64,000 nt of DNA, from the NCBI RefSeq assembly GCF_009914755.1, contig NC_060932.1. One strand, given 5' to 3'. How positions within the stretch are numbered: position 1 is the first letter of the stretch; the number at the start of each line of letters is the position of its first letter. Below the pieces are notes generated by a model. The model worked only from the letters and a program-made list of their open reading frames with translations, made no database searches and had not been told where the DNA came from. The translations under genes were made by a program, and so were the position numbers. Below, piece after piece: positions 28,872 through 41,706 of this stretch. The stretch is from the human T2T-CHM13v2.0 reference genome, Homo sapiens.

Positions 28872-29624
28872 TGAGAGGTGAAGCCGGCTGGGCTTCTGGG
28901 TCGGGAGGGGACTTGGAGAACTTTTCTGTCTAGCTAAAGTATTGTAAACACACCAATCAGCACTCTGTGTCTAGCTAAATGTTTGTAAATGCACCAATCA
29001 GCACTCTGTAAAAACGCACCAATCAGCACTCTGTGTTTAGCTAAAGGTTTGTAAACGCACCAATCAGCACTCTGTAAAAATGAACCAATCAGCATTTTGT
29101 AAAATGGACCAATCAGTGCTCTGTAAAATGGACCAGTCAGCAGGCCATGGGTGAAGCCAAATAAGGGAATAAAAGCTGACCACCTGAGCCAGCAGCAGCA
29201 ACCTGCTTGGGTCCCCTTCCACGCTGTGGAAACTTTGTTCTTTTGCTCTTCACAATAAATCTTGCTGCTGCTCACTTTTTGGTCCGCACTACCTTTATGA
29301 GCTGTAACACTCACCACAAGGTTCTGTGGCTTCACTCCTGAAGTCAGGGAGACCACGAACCCACCAGGAGGAACAAACAACTCCAGATGTGCCACCTTTA
29401 AGAGCTGTAACATTCACTGCGAAGGTCTGTGGCTTCACTCCTGAAGTCAGCAAGACCACGAACCCACCAGAAGGAAGAAACTCTGGACACATCTGAACAT
29501 CTGAAGGAACAAACTCCAGACACACCATCTTTAAGAATGGTAACACTCACTGTGAGGGTCTGTGGCTTCATCCTTGAAGTCAGTGAGACCAAGAACCCAC
29601 CAGAAGGAATCAATTACAGACACA
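28872..29624 (+). promoter_or_regulatory. LTR12 3' LTR (753 bp), preceded by the polypurine tract
   Basis: PPT AGAGAGGGGA at 28861-28870; TGAGAGGTGAAGCC...GACACA termini. Confidence 0.93.
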
Positions 29625-29815
29625 CTAGCAAATTAATTAAACCCAAGAATGAAGTAGTGGGAACTTTGATTAATAGCTTGTCAGTCAGAAGTATAGATGA
29701 CAGAGCCTACTTGTGATTGGTGTCTGAAATGGGGAGAAGTCTGGTGGGACTGAGTCCTTAACCTGTGGGATCTGATGCCATTTCCACGTAGTGTCAGAAC
29801 AGAAATAAATTATAA

Positions 29816-30125
29816 GGCCGGGCGCAGTAGCTCATGCCTGTAATCCCGACACTCTGGGAGGCTGAGGTTATCAGATCACGAGGTCAGGAGATTGAGACCA
29901 TCCTGGCTAACACGGTGAAACTCTGTCTCTACTAAAAAATACAAAAAATTAGCCAGGCGTGGTGGCGGGTACCTGTAGTCCCAGCTACTCGGGAGGCTGA
30001 GGCAGGAGAATGGCCTGAACCCAGGAGGCGGAGCTTGCAGTGAGCAAGATCATGCCACTGCACTCCAGCCTGGGTGACAGAGTGAGACTCTGTCTCAAAA
30101 AATAAAAAAAATAAAATAAAATAAA
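29816..30125 (+). mobile_element. Full-length young Alu (AluY-like)
   Basis: GGCCGGGCGC start, GACCATCCTGGCTAACACGGTG diagnostic, (AAAAT)n tail and TSD AAATTATAA. Confidence 0.92.
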
Positions 30126-31733
30126 AATTATAAGACACCCAGTTGGTGTCTGCTAGAGAACTGCTTGGTGTGTTGGGTGTGAAAGCTGTCAGAATCAAGA
30201 TGGAGTCACTTATGCCACACCCTAACAAAAGGATTCAGGAGGGGCTCTCACATGCACACATCTGTGATAAAAAGTATTACAAAAATGGTCTAAAAATCAC
30301 AATCTTGCACAAAGACCACCACAACCACGGTAATCATTTTGGAACAACTTATATAAATTTTTTCATTTTGTCTTTAAAAGTTTCAGCTTACCTCAACTTC
30401 CCTGAATATGCCTGTGATCCATCATAGCACACACTTCCTGGTTTGTAATCCCCTGTCATTCATTCCCAAGTAAACTCATTTATTTTGAGATCCACTCTCC
30501 CTGTTGTTATTTTAGGCCGACATAATCTTGTGTCAGAAGTGGGATCTGAAGTAAGATCACCCTTGGAAGCAGTTGGTACTGCTTGGACTAGTGTACAGTA
30601 CCCACTTGAGCCCTTTTGAGGATTGTGTTTTCACAGCTCACCTTTTCTGCCCTGGGCAGTCTTCTCTCAGGTTGAGCTCCCTCTTTTTGATAGGAGCTCT
30701 TTGACTGTATTTGAGATCTAGCTTGAATGAGACCACCTTAATAAAGGACCTTGCATCCCTCCTGGGGCTATAAAAGACTTTTTGTCTTTTCTGGCAAGTC
30801 GTTTCTGGTATAAAGGCAGTTTGTCTTTCTGTTTCTGTTGAGTACCTTGGTTTTGTTTTTTTAGGCATTGTCTGTAAGTAAATTGGCTCTTTTTTTTCCT
30901 TGTTTGTTTCTGAACAACTTTGCAGAGCAAAAGGGAACATACCAATGGTGGACACAGGTTGATGAGTTAAAACCCATTAGGATGGTAATCACCATTCTAT
31001 GAGGGAACAAAGTCTCTCATGTGAGGATACACTGGGTCACAGATAGGCAAGATCACCACTAAGCCATGTGCCAGTCTTGAGAAAATCTATCTGCAACAGG
31101 GAAAACTTGGTCACAGGTTGGAAAACTAGGGCAAAGGTTGTCAACCAAGCAGAAAAAGCATCCCATGCCATGTCAAAACAAAACACTTTACCCAAACTCT
31201 TAAAGTTCCTTGACAGTGATTACAGGATTTTCTTTTGCTCTTGAGAAATTAATGAGAAATGAAATGAATGCTCAAATTCTAAAACATGCCAGATTTTCAG
31301 GGGCTCCAGGTGGTTATAAGTTCAAATACTATGACTTCTTTATGCACACTTTTGAACCAATGGATATGTTACACCAAGGATAATTTAAAGCTCCCATGAT
31401 CATTATGAGGATTATTCAAACTCCCCAAGCTTATGTGTGTTAGAACTAAAATTAGAAGACCATGTTACAGTATTAAACAGTTCAAATGAGACATACATTT
31501 TTAATTGGCATCTTAAGGTTTCAGAGAGCACATTCAGGACTTTAAAAAAGGCCTCACTGCAAAGTACTGCCTGAAAGCTGGCTGAATTTCCTTCTCCAGA
31601 GTTTGCCCCTCACCTTCCTATAATTCCTCCTTCTCTTTATCCTTGTCTTTATCCTTGTCTAGCTGAATTCCCTTTTTTCCCAAAATTTGTTGACTACTTG
31701 CCTATTTCATCTCTCCACAGCCACCAATTCCGA

Positions 31734-31987
31734 TTTTTTTTTTTTTTTTTTTTGGGACAGAGTCTCACTCTGTAGCCCAGGCTGGAGTGCAGTGGCACTG
31801 ATCTCAGCTCACTGCAAGCTCCGCCTCCGGGTTCACGCCATTCTCCTGCCTCAACCTGCCAAGTAGCTGGGACTCCAGGTGCCCACGAGCCACGCCTGGC
31901 TAATATTTTATATTTTTAGTAGAGACAGGGTTTCACCGTGTTAGCCAGGATGGTCTTGATCTCCTGACCTCGTGATCTGCCCGCCTC
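31734..31987 (-). mobile_element. Alu (AluY-like), 5' end missing, no TSD seen
   Basis: Poly(T) followed by antisense Alu that stops at GATCTGCCCGCCTC. Confidence 0.9.
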
Positions 31988-32466
31988 TGCTGGAAAGGCA
32001 AGATTTTTATCTTCTTGGACACGAACTTGAAACTGAAAGAATATTTGTAAACCTTGTAGAGTAACTTGTCTTTTAAGCCTCCTTGGTCACATTTTCAGTT
32101 TACTCTTCCTTGTGCAGTCCAGATATTGGTTAACTGACTACCTCTTTTGAGTCTCCACTTTCTTATGAGGGCTCACCGGCCATGTAAAACTTGTATTATA
32201 CTTCTGTTCTGATAATCTATATTACGTTGATTTCATTCCCTGATCCAGCCAGGACCCTATAGACTGTGGCACCCCACTGGCTTCATAGTCTACAGATGGG
32301 ATCCTGAGAGATCTGACAAAAGCCAGCAAAAGGTAAAAATTCTTACCAAAATCAGCTTTCCCGGATCTCTAGCTGTAGTACCTGGTTGACAAGGGAAGGT
32401 AAACAACTTCCCTTGTCCCTTCATTGTTTCTTTCCCCTGCTAAATGGAGATTGGCAGGAGAAATAA

Positions 32467-32769
<303 letters not shown>

Positions 32770-33692
32770 AGAATTGTGACTCTTTTGAATATGGTTCCAG
32801 GTTCCCACTGGTTTTTGATCCACAGCCTCTCAAAAACAGTCCTTGTGTTTTTCTTTTGTGTGATTTGTCATAAGGATAAAAATCACTGAGATCTTGGCTT
32901 TGTGACCAGTGAGGATATTCTCTCTGGTATCTGCCAGCCAGAGAAACACAAGTTGTCAGGTTGGCTTCAGACAACCAGCCATCTAGCTAGGAGTTCAACA
33001 GGCAAAAGTGCCTCTGTCCAGCTGTGGTTCTCAGGTAAATCTACATTTAATTGTCTCAGCCTTCATTGCCTTGTTAACACTTAGAGTGTTCACTTTTTTA
33101 GGGTATCTTCGGGAAAAACTTTGGATCTTGACTTTTGCACCCTCTTTGGGGATGCCTCTTTTGCAGCCTCTTTGGGGATGTCTTTTGCACCCATGGTTAA
33201 GCCATAAAAGCCTTATTAATTTTGAATCACAATTGAAAACATTTGGTTTGAAACTTTGGTTTATATTTGGAGCATGATAGAAACTTTTGGTTTGTTTCTT
33301 CGACCTTCTCTTCTAAGCGAAAATGAAATTACACACTCAGAAAGAAAGGGAGTTCAATACTACCAGGAATATTTGTTGTTGTCCCAGCTGAATCCTAATA
33401 ACAAGATATTTTTGAATAATTTTTTAAGCACTGTGTGGTGAGAAGTCAACTTAATTGGAAGCTGATGTTCGAGCTACAATTTTTTAAAGCCTCTCTGTTT
33501 TCTCTGTTAGATCCTGCTTCTCTCTTGGGAATTTCTCAGTCAACTGAAACTCCTTTTCTCAGAACCCCGCTAACTATATGTTCTGCTCCTCTGCCCACTT
33601 TCTTGTTGGCATGCTTTTTGACTATTTAAAAATTGAGCAAATGAAAAATTGTAAAGCTCTTTTCTACTAATATTAATAAAAGGCATCATTCA

Positions 33693-34112
<420 letters not shown>

Positions 34113-37100
34113 TTAAAGATGTGTTGACAGTTGTTAATATTAAATATAATGCAGACACACAACGTTTATCTCTGTTAGATATTTAAGATCATAAGAATAT
34201 GAGTGTGACCTAAGAAACACGTGCAAATGAGAGTACAATGCTGTGTCCATTACTTCATATATATCAACCACAGCAGTAAAATAAGATATTCATATATTTA
34301 ACTCTTCAGGTTCTTGTTTTTGTGATGCCTGCCTGATATTGACCCCCTATAAAAGTGGTTAATACAGAAATAACTTGAAATGATGGCTAGCTTTATCTAA
34401 CGCCTCAGGAAATTTTTCATGAGTAATCCAAATAAGTTAAAATATCGAAACATTAATTGCTAAACATTAGTTTAAGTTTATTCTTGGCTTCTTAAAGTTT
34501 ATAAAAAATATATATTTGTATTTGTTCATAAATATGTCCTCATCCACATTGAAAAAGTGTTCTCTGAAAAAAAAAATGCTCCTAAAAATCATGAAATGTG
34601 TATTTATCAAATCTTCATATGTGTCAAGACAGTTCAAAAATTGCTTACTTTCTCAATTTTTTCTAAAAATTAAGGCTACTAAGAGTTAATATTTTTAATT
34701 AATATATGTAAATCCATATACAAAGTGTATAAGAAAAACCAAGATGTGTTTTTGATGAGAAAAATTGTAAAAAGACATGAGGATATATTTTTTGTTTAAA
34801 AAGAGTGATTTTGTATAAGTCTGAGGTTACTTAAAGGTCATTTCATAATGTGAATTTATAAAGAAAATAAGAAACCAGTGAGTAAGAGAGACAAATGCAA
34901 AGAAAGTTATAAGTCTGGGAATATATTTTTGGTAAGGAAAATAGAAAAGAGAAAGGTGGAAAATTATTCTTTGTATGACAGACAATCTTGTATGGTCAAA
35001 ATGATGAGGGAAAAAGAAAAGTAAAATTTTTGGTAGAATGACTGGTTGCTTCAATATAAAACCAGGGACAGTACAGGAAAAAAAACTAGATTTGAGCAAG
35101 TTATAGAAGGTCGGAGCAATTTGTAAAAGGTTTGTGAAAAATGAATCTTAAAGGGAATGTTGCATGTGATCAGGTTGGCTAAAACTAAAAGGGAATTGTT
35201 TGTATGTTTTTCTAAAGGTTAAACATTGATATCAAAATAATACTGACATAAAACTAAAAATTCGTCCTGTGTTAAAACAACAAGTTTTTCTTGGAGTACT
35301 GATCTACTCTTAATTTTAAAAATAGTAAAAGTTCTCTACCTTTTTGGTAATTGGCCTAGGAAATAAAGGTTCTATGGTTTATCAAGAGAATTTCTTGTGT
35401 TTTGTACTATCTTTTTAGGTCCTTGATTACTGAAGAAAACTAAACCTTCAAGGAGTTAAGATTCTTTTTCTTTCTACTTTGTAGAAAGTACTATGTACTT
35501 TTCTGTATTTGATTTTCAAGTCTTTTAATTATCACTCTGGTTAAATGAATTACTTTCTCACAGTGACCTGTGATCCTATATTGATCAAATGTTTTAAACT
35601 TTTTGACATTTTACAAATTCTAAAATCAAATTCTAAATTGAGTCTACTCGATCTCTCTCATTTTGTAAAAATAGAGATACTAAACTAATTAGGCTTATTT
35701 ACTATATTAAATCATATGAGAAGCATTCTCAAAATAAGAAATGATGCTTAATCTTTTAAAGTTATATTTGTATGAAAATGTTATTGACATGACTGTTCCA
35801 AAAATTATGTAAATTTTTAGAATCTAATAGTTATCAGTCACAATTTTAGTTATTATGTTAAAATGTTATATGACACAAAATAAAACAAATTTTCTCATCA
35901 ATTTCTGGTTATAATACATTCTCATTAGATTCTTAATACTGGCTATTCTAAGTCTTTGTCCATAGACATTTATTGTTTTGGTTTTTCTCTAAAAGCACTT
36001 CCAATTAGATACAGTCTAAAACTACTTCTCATGGAAAAAACTCTGATGAGTACTACTGAATGCAGGTTTCTAATAACTTTAATATCATACCATTGGACTG
36101 GGTAAAAATTTCCAAAACTCTAATGCAGAAACGGATAAATTCATGAAATTGTTCACCAAGATCAAGCAGCACAAGAATTTAGTACATGAGATAATAACTA
36201 ATAAAAATAATGTTTATAACTTTTTACTTAAAATTTTGTTGGTTCTTTACTTTAATACTTTGTTTTCCAGATTTAAGGAAGCTTTCCTCTTAAGCTCTCT
36301 GTAGCTTATGGCAATTTGGTAAAGTATATTTTTATAAACAAAATTCAAAATATTCACTTTTTTTCTTCTGATCCCTCCAGAATTCAGAAACTATTCATGG
36401 GTACCTTTATGACAATATATAGCTATGTGCATAAGTTCAATAAGAATCTATTTCCTTTATAACAGGATACAATTGAAAACATTGATTATATCACTGAGGT
36501 TTTGACTAGGATGTCATATTTCAATTGTTTAAACATACTGCAGGTGAAATCTAAAGTTTGCCTTGATTCAGCTTTTTAGTCTCAAGAGTTTTTAACCTAT
36601 GAAATCAATCATCATTCTTTCTGGACTTATATAAATAATCAGGTCAAGTTTGCAAACAAATTAGTCTTGCTTTGATTATCTACTTTGGTAAAAATAGAGA
36701 TAGTTTTTTTAAAAAGTTATAATACACCTGTTATTACATTGTAACCCTGTTCATTGTATTTTAAAATTTTTTATTATCTATCTGTAGACTGGACCCAATC
36801 CTAAATTCTTCTAGTTTCCTCTAATATCTGGCTATACAGCAGGTCTCACTCCCTTCTCCATGGTCAGTTTATTTGTTTTGTTGGTTGCCTTCAGGCCTAG
36901 ATTCATGGCTCAAAACCATTATACAAACCTGGGACATCATATTGCTGTCATTTTTACTCTGTATTATTCTCTTTAAACATTGTGACTGTTTCCTATCAAA
37001 TTTCTGTAGAAGTACAACACCTAACCGAATAATGCTGGTCCAGTGCTTCAGAATAATACCTCCCATACCTATGGAACTGGTAAAATTGAACTTGACAACG

Positions 37101-38723
37101 AATTTGGGCAAACTTAACCTGGGAGCCCATCCTTCTAAACCTCCTTGTTGCCCAAATGTAGCCAAAGCATCTTGATATTGATTCATAATTGCTGGCTATT
37201 TCCTCCACACAGGATGAAACCAACCAGAACAGGTCCATCCAGTATGAAGGGACAATCAAACCTAACTCCCAGTTAATTAATCAACAATCATTTCAGAGAT
37301 AAGATCTTGATCGAATGGGAAAATGTGAAAGTTGTCAGAATCAAAATGGAGTCACTTGTGCCAAACCGTAACCAAATGAAGTCAGAAGGTCATAATAGAG
37401 GGGCTCTCATACACACATGCCTATGATAAAAACTATTACAAGAATTGTCTGAAAACCACAATCTTGCACAAAGACCACTGCAATCTTACACAAAGAACAC
37501 TTCCACATTGACATCTGCCTGGAAATCACCTATTTAACCTCCTATTGATGCTACCCTTGTTATTAATCCTTATTGCCAATGATAATTATTTCAAAACAAC
37601 TTGTGTGCACTTCTTCATTTTGCCTTTAAAAGTTTCCCCTTGCCTCACCCTCCCTGAATATGCCTGCAGCTCCTCATAGCATACAAATTCTGGATTATGC
37701 TCCCCTGTCATTTATTACCACATAGACTCCTTTATTTTGTGAGCCACTCTCTTTGTTGTTATTTTAGGCTGGCAGAGGTAACACCCCACGTCCACTTTGG
37801 TAATCAGAGGTGAAGTATTATAGCAAGTGTTACATGTGAGAGTAGAAAAAACATTTTGGTCTTTCTTCTCTCTTAAAGAAGGTAAATAATAAACTAAGCA
37901 AAATGTCTGTAATATATATGAGGCTTAATATCCTACAAAACAATAAAAAGAAGAAAAGATACCACAGAAATGTGGGTAAAGGACACCAGATAATTCAAAA
38001 AGAAAAGGAATAGTAAGTGTATTTAAATATGAAACAGTTTAGTTTAAAAATGAAATGCTATTTTTGCCTACTAAATAGGCAAAGATATTTATCTTTCCAG
38101 GAGAGAAATTGGCAATGCAATTTTTAAAAAACAAAATGTTATATAGTATTCAATTTCTAGAAACTTATGCTAAGAGAATAGTTATACATATATTCAAAAA
38201 TAAGCTATCAGAATGTTCTTTGCATTGTTTTAAGTAACAAAATATTACAAATAACCTAAATATCAAACTGCACAATACTTGACAAAAATTATAAAGCATA
38301 TATACTATAGGATCTTATGAAATCATTAAAATATTCTGGAGAAGATTATTTAGTGATTTTTTAAAATATGAATTCTATTTTATTGAGCAGAAAAGTAGAC
38401 TGCCAAACAGTATAGTAAATAATTCCTTATTTAATAAAATAGGTGAGAGTTTTCTAAAGTTTCTATAATAAATACTTACCAATAGTATGAAAAATATGCT
38501 TAAAATTAGGGAGAATTTATATATATATATATTATGTAAACAAAAAGTCTTTGTCTCTCCATTTTCCCCCACAATGGAGACACTGACAATTTCACTTGTA
38601 CTTGGCATAAAAATTTTTTTTTTCATGTGGCAAATAAAATATTCTAATCCATAATTAGGAAAATGTTTTTTTTAAATCATGACCTTTGAGGTTTCTGTTG
38701 CTTTCTGGACATTCTCAATATTT

Positions 38724-39012
38724 CTTTTTTTTTTTTTAATACTTTAAGTTTTAGGGTACATGTGCACAACGTGCAGGTTTGTTACATATGTATACATGTG
38801 CCATTTGGTGTGCTGCACCCATTAACTCGTCATTTAGCATTAGGTATATCTCCTAATGTTATCCCTCCCCCCTCCCCCCACCCCACAACAGTCCCCGGTG
38901 TGTGATGTTCCCCTTCCTGTGTCCATGTGTTCTCATCATTCAGTTCCCACCTGTGAGTGAGAACATGCGGTGTTTGGTTTTTTGTCTTTGCGATAGTTTG
39001 CTGAGAATGATG
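38724..39012 (-). mobile_element. Young L1PA 3'-end fragment
   Basis: Poly(T) followed by antisense L1PA 3' UTR (TACTTTAAGTTTTAGGGTACATGTGCACAACGTGCAGG). Confidence 0.92.
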
Positions 39013-39315
39013 TCTATGCTCATAAATGTTCTCTATACACATATATTATAATATGAAATATAAGTGTGCTTTCAGAGGAGTCATTTTAACTTAATTTATC
39101 ATTCAGAGTAGCTTCCTACATGAATATGAAATTAAATTTTTGTCTATATGACTTAGATGATTAAACAAGGACATGAAGCTAGCCTCTTAAAATAAATGTT
39201 CAGAAGTTAACTTTTTCTCAAGCCAGCTGCCCTCTACTCCAGCACTACCACTTTTCATGTATCAGAAACACTCAAAAACTTAATCATCTTTACCCCAGAA
39301 TCCCCCATTACACTC

Positions 39316-39744
39316 TGTTATGGTTTGGTTTGGCCCTCTCAAAACTCATGTTGAATTTTGATCACCAATGTGACGGTGTTAGGAGGTGGGGCCTAGTGGG
39401 AAGTGTTTGGGTCATAGTGGGAGATTTCTTATGAATGGTTTGGTGTCATTCTCATGGCAGTCAAAGAGTTCTCACTCTGGTGAAACTGGATTTGTTCTCC
39501 TAGAAATTGATTAATTTCCATGAGAAAGCCAGGATGCCCTTCAGGTTTTATCTCTTTCAAGTGTCCACTTCCCCTTGGACTTTCGGCATCATGTTATAAT
39601 GCAACATAAAAGCCCTCACCGGAAGCCAGGGGCCTGCTCTTGAACTTCTCAGCCTGCGGAACTGTAAACTAAATAAACCTCTCTTCTTTAGAAATTACCC
39701 AACCTCAAGTATCCTGTTATAGCAACACAAAATAGACTAAGACA
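39316..39744 (+). mobile_element. MaLR solo LTR (MST-like)
   Basis: TGTTATGGTTTGG...ATAGCAACACAAAATAGACTAAGACA termini. Confidence 0.85.
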
Positions 39745-40540
39745 TATCCTATATAAGTAGTTACCACATCCCACCCATGTCACCAATAGTGTGCCTCCCT
39801 CTTCATGTCCACTGCCACTGCCTTGTTCTAAGCACTCATACCCTAAATTCCAGATCATCTGAATTTCCTAATAGTTGACCTTCCTAGCTTTAGGCTATAC
39901 CTATCCAAATATTCTTTTATAAACATCCCTTCACTCAGGTCATTTATTTGCATTATAACATTAAAGAGCTTTCGAATTCTTCCCAGTGAAAGCTAACAGT
40001 ATACTAAACTGTTGTTTATTTCATAAGCTCTTTTTTGTTTCAGTGCTGCACATTTTGATTTCTAAATTCCGCAGTATAGGCCTAGCCTTCTGGTCCAAAT
40101 AATAGTCTATCTATTCACAAACTTACCATGTTCTCTTGCACTTCTGGGCTCTCTGTCAGGATACTTGTTTCACCTCCTTCCTTTCTCGCTGCTTTTCAAA
40201 GCATACCCATTTCTTCAGCCTCAGCTTGTTACAGTTTCTCCTGTCTCTTTTAACATCCCTTGTTGATTTCCTTCTTCAAATTATTTTAGTACTGAGTCTG
40301 GATCACAAAATTTAGTATATAACATTCTTTATATTATTTGGGTCCTGTCTCAGGTATGTTACTCATGTTTCTTAAACTTGAATGTAAACTTTAATCATAG
40401 AGACTGTGTTTTATATTTTCTTATTATTACATATAATACCTGACACAATGGAGATCACAAAAAATATGCGAAGCACCTTTTTGACTGGTAATAAAATGCA
40501 ACAGATTTAGTATAAAATAAACTTGCTAAAGTCCTGCTTT

Positions 40541-40814
40541 TTTCTTTCTTTCTTTCTCTTTTTTTTTTTTTAGGATGGGGTCTCACTCTGTCACCAGGCT
40601 CTGCCTCCTGGGTTCAAGTGATTATCCTGCCTCAGCCTCCTGAGTAGCTAGGACTACAGGCACACGCCACCATGTCCTGCTAATTTTTGTATTTTTAGTA
40701 GAGACGGGGTTTCCCCATGTTGGCCAGGATGGTCTTGATCTCTTGACCTCGTGATCCACCTGCCTCAGCCTCCCAAAGTGCTGAGATTACAGGCATGAGC
40801 CACCACACCTGGCC
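40541..40814 (-). mobile_element. Alu (AluSc-like) with an internal deletion of about 35 bp
   Basis: Antisense Alu jumps from CACCAGGCT to CTGCCTCCTGGG; TSD AGTCCTGCTTTT. Confidence 0.88.
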
Positions 40815-41313
40815 GAGTCCTGCTTTTAAAATGTGCCCTCCTTAAATAGCAAATTCAAATCAACTTGGTTTTCAGAATCCTAGGAAACTTGGCTGCATGT
40901 CACCTGCCATGAAGCAATGGCTCAAATCCAAATGAGAAGAGTATATTTTCACATCAGATTCTGCATTCCTCTTTATCCCACTATCTGCCATCCTTCTAAG
41001 TTATTTCAATGTTCACATCAGAGATACGTCCCATATTCTAGTGCACTGGGGGTTGACTTAATCACCTTCGAAGTCTACCTCCTACTTACCCCACCTATCC
41101 ACTTCTAAGATCATACCCTAGATTGTATTATTTAGTGAAAGGTTTTTATCTTCAAAGTAATATTTCAGATATTCCTCACCACAACCTTCTATCTTTACAG
41201 CTTCCCTGTTTAACAAGTCTCACTATCTTTGTCTTTGTTCTCTTTAGGGATCCCACCCTCTAGTTTATAATTTCTCATCAAATTGCCCTACTGTATTCAT
41301 TTTCCTCCTTATC

Positions 41314-41706
41314 TGTTATAAGATTAACTGTGTTCTCCCAAAATTCATGTGTTGAAGTTCCAAACCCCAGTGCCTCAAAATGTGACTGCACTTGGAAATG
41401 GGCATTTAAAGATGTGGTTAAGTTAATAAAGCCATTAGGGAGGACCCTAATCGAAGCTGCTTGGTGTCTTTATAATGGGGGAAATTTGGACGCACCAGGA
41501 AACACCAGGAATGCATGCACAAAGGGGAGACCCTGCAAGGACACAGGGGAAAGGCAGCCTTCTGAAAACCAAGGAGAGAGGCCTTAGAAGCAACCAGCAT
41601 TGCCCACATCTATACCTAGGACTTCCAGCCTTCAAAACAGTGATAAAATAAATTTCTGTTACCTAGTCTGTGGTATTTTGTTATGGCAGCCAAAGCAAAA
41701 GAATGC
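41314..41706 (+). mobile_element. MaLR solo LTR (MLT1A-like)
   Basis: CCCAAAATTCATGTGTTGAAG...AATAAATTTCTG...GTATTTTGTTATGGCAGCC. Confidence 0.75.

Larger units (their letters stand above)
19768..29624 (+). mobile_element. Full-length HERV9 (ERV9/LTR12) provirus
   Basis: LTR-PBS-gag-pro-pol-env-PPT-LTR structure with a perfect 4-bp TSD CTAG (19764-19767 and 29625-29628). Confidence 0.96.

Noticed and set aside
33141-33192. Tandem duplication of about 26 bp (CCTCTTTGGGGATG...TTTTGCA)
   Set aside because: An ordinary local slippage duplication inside ERV internal sequence.
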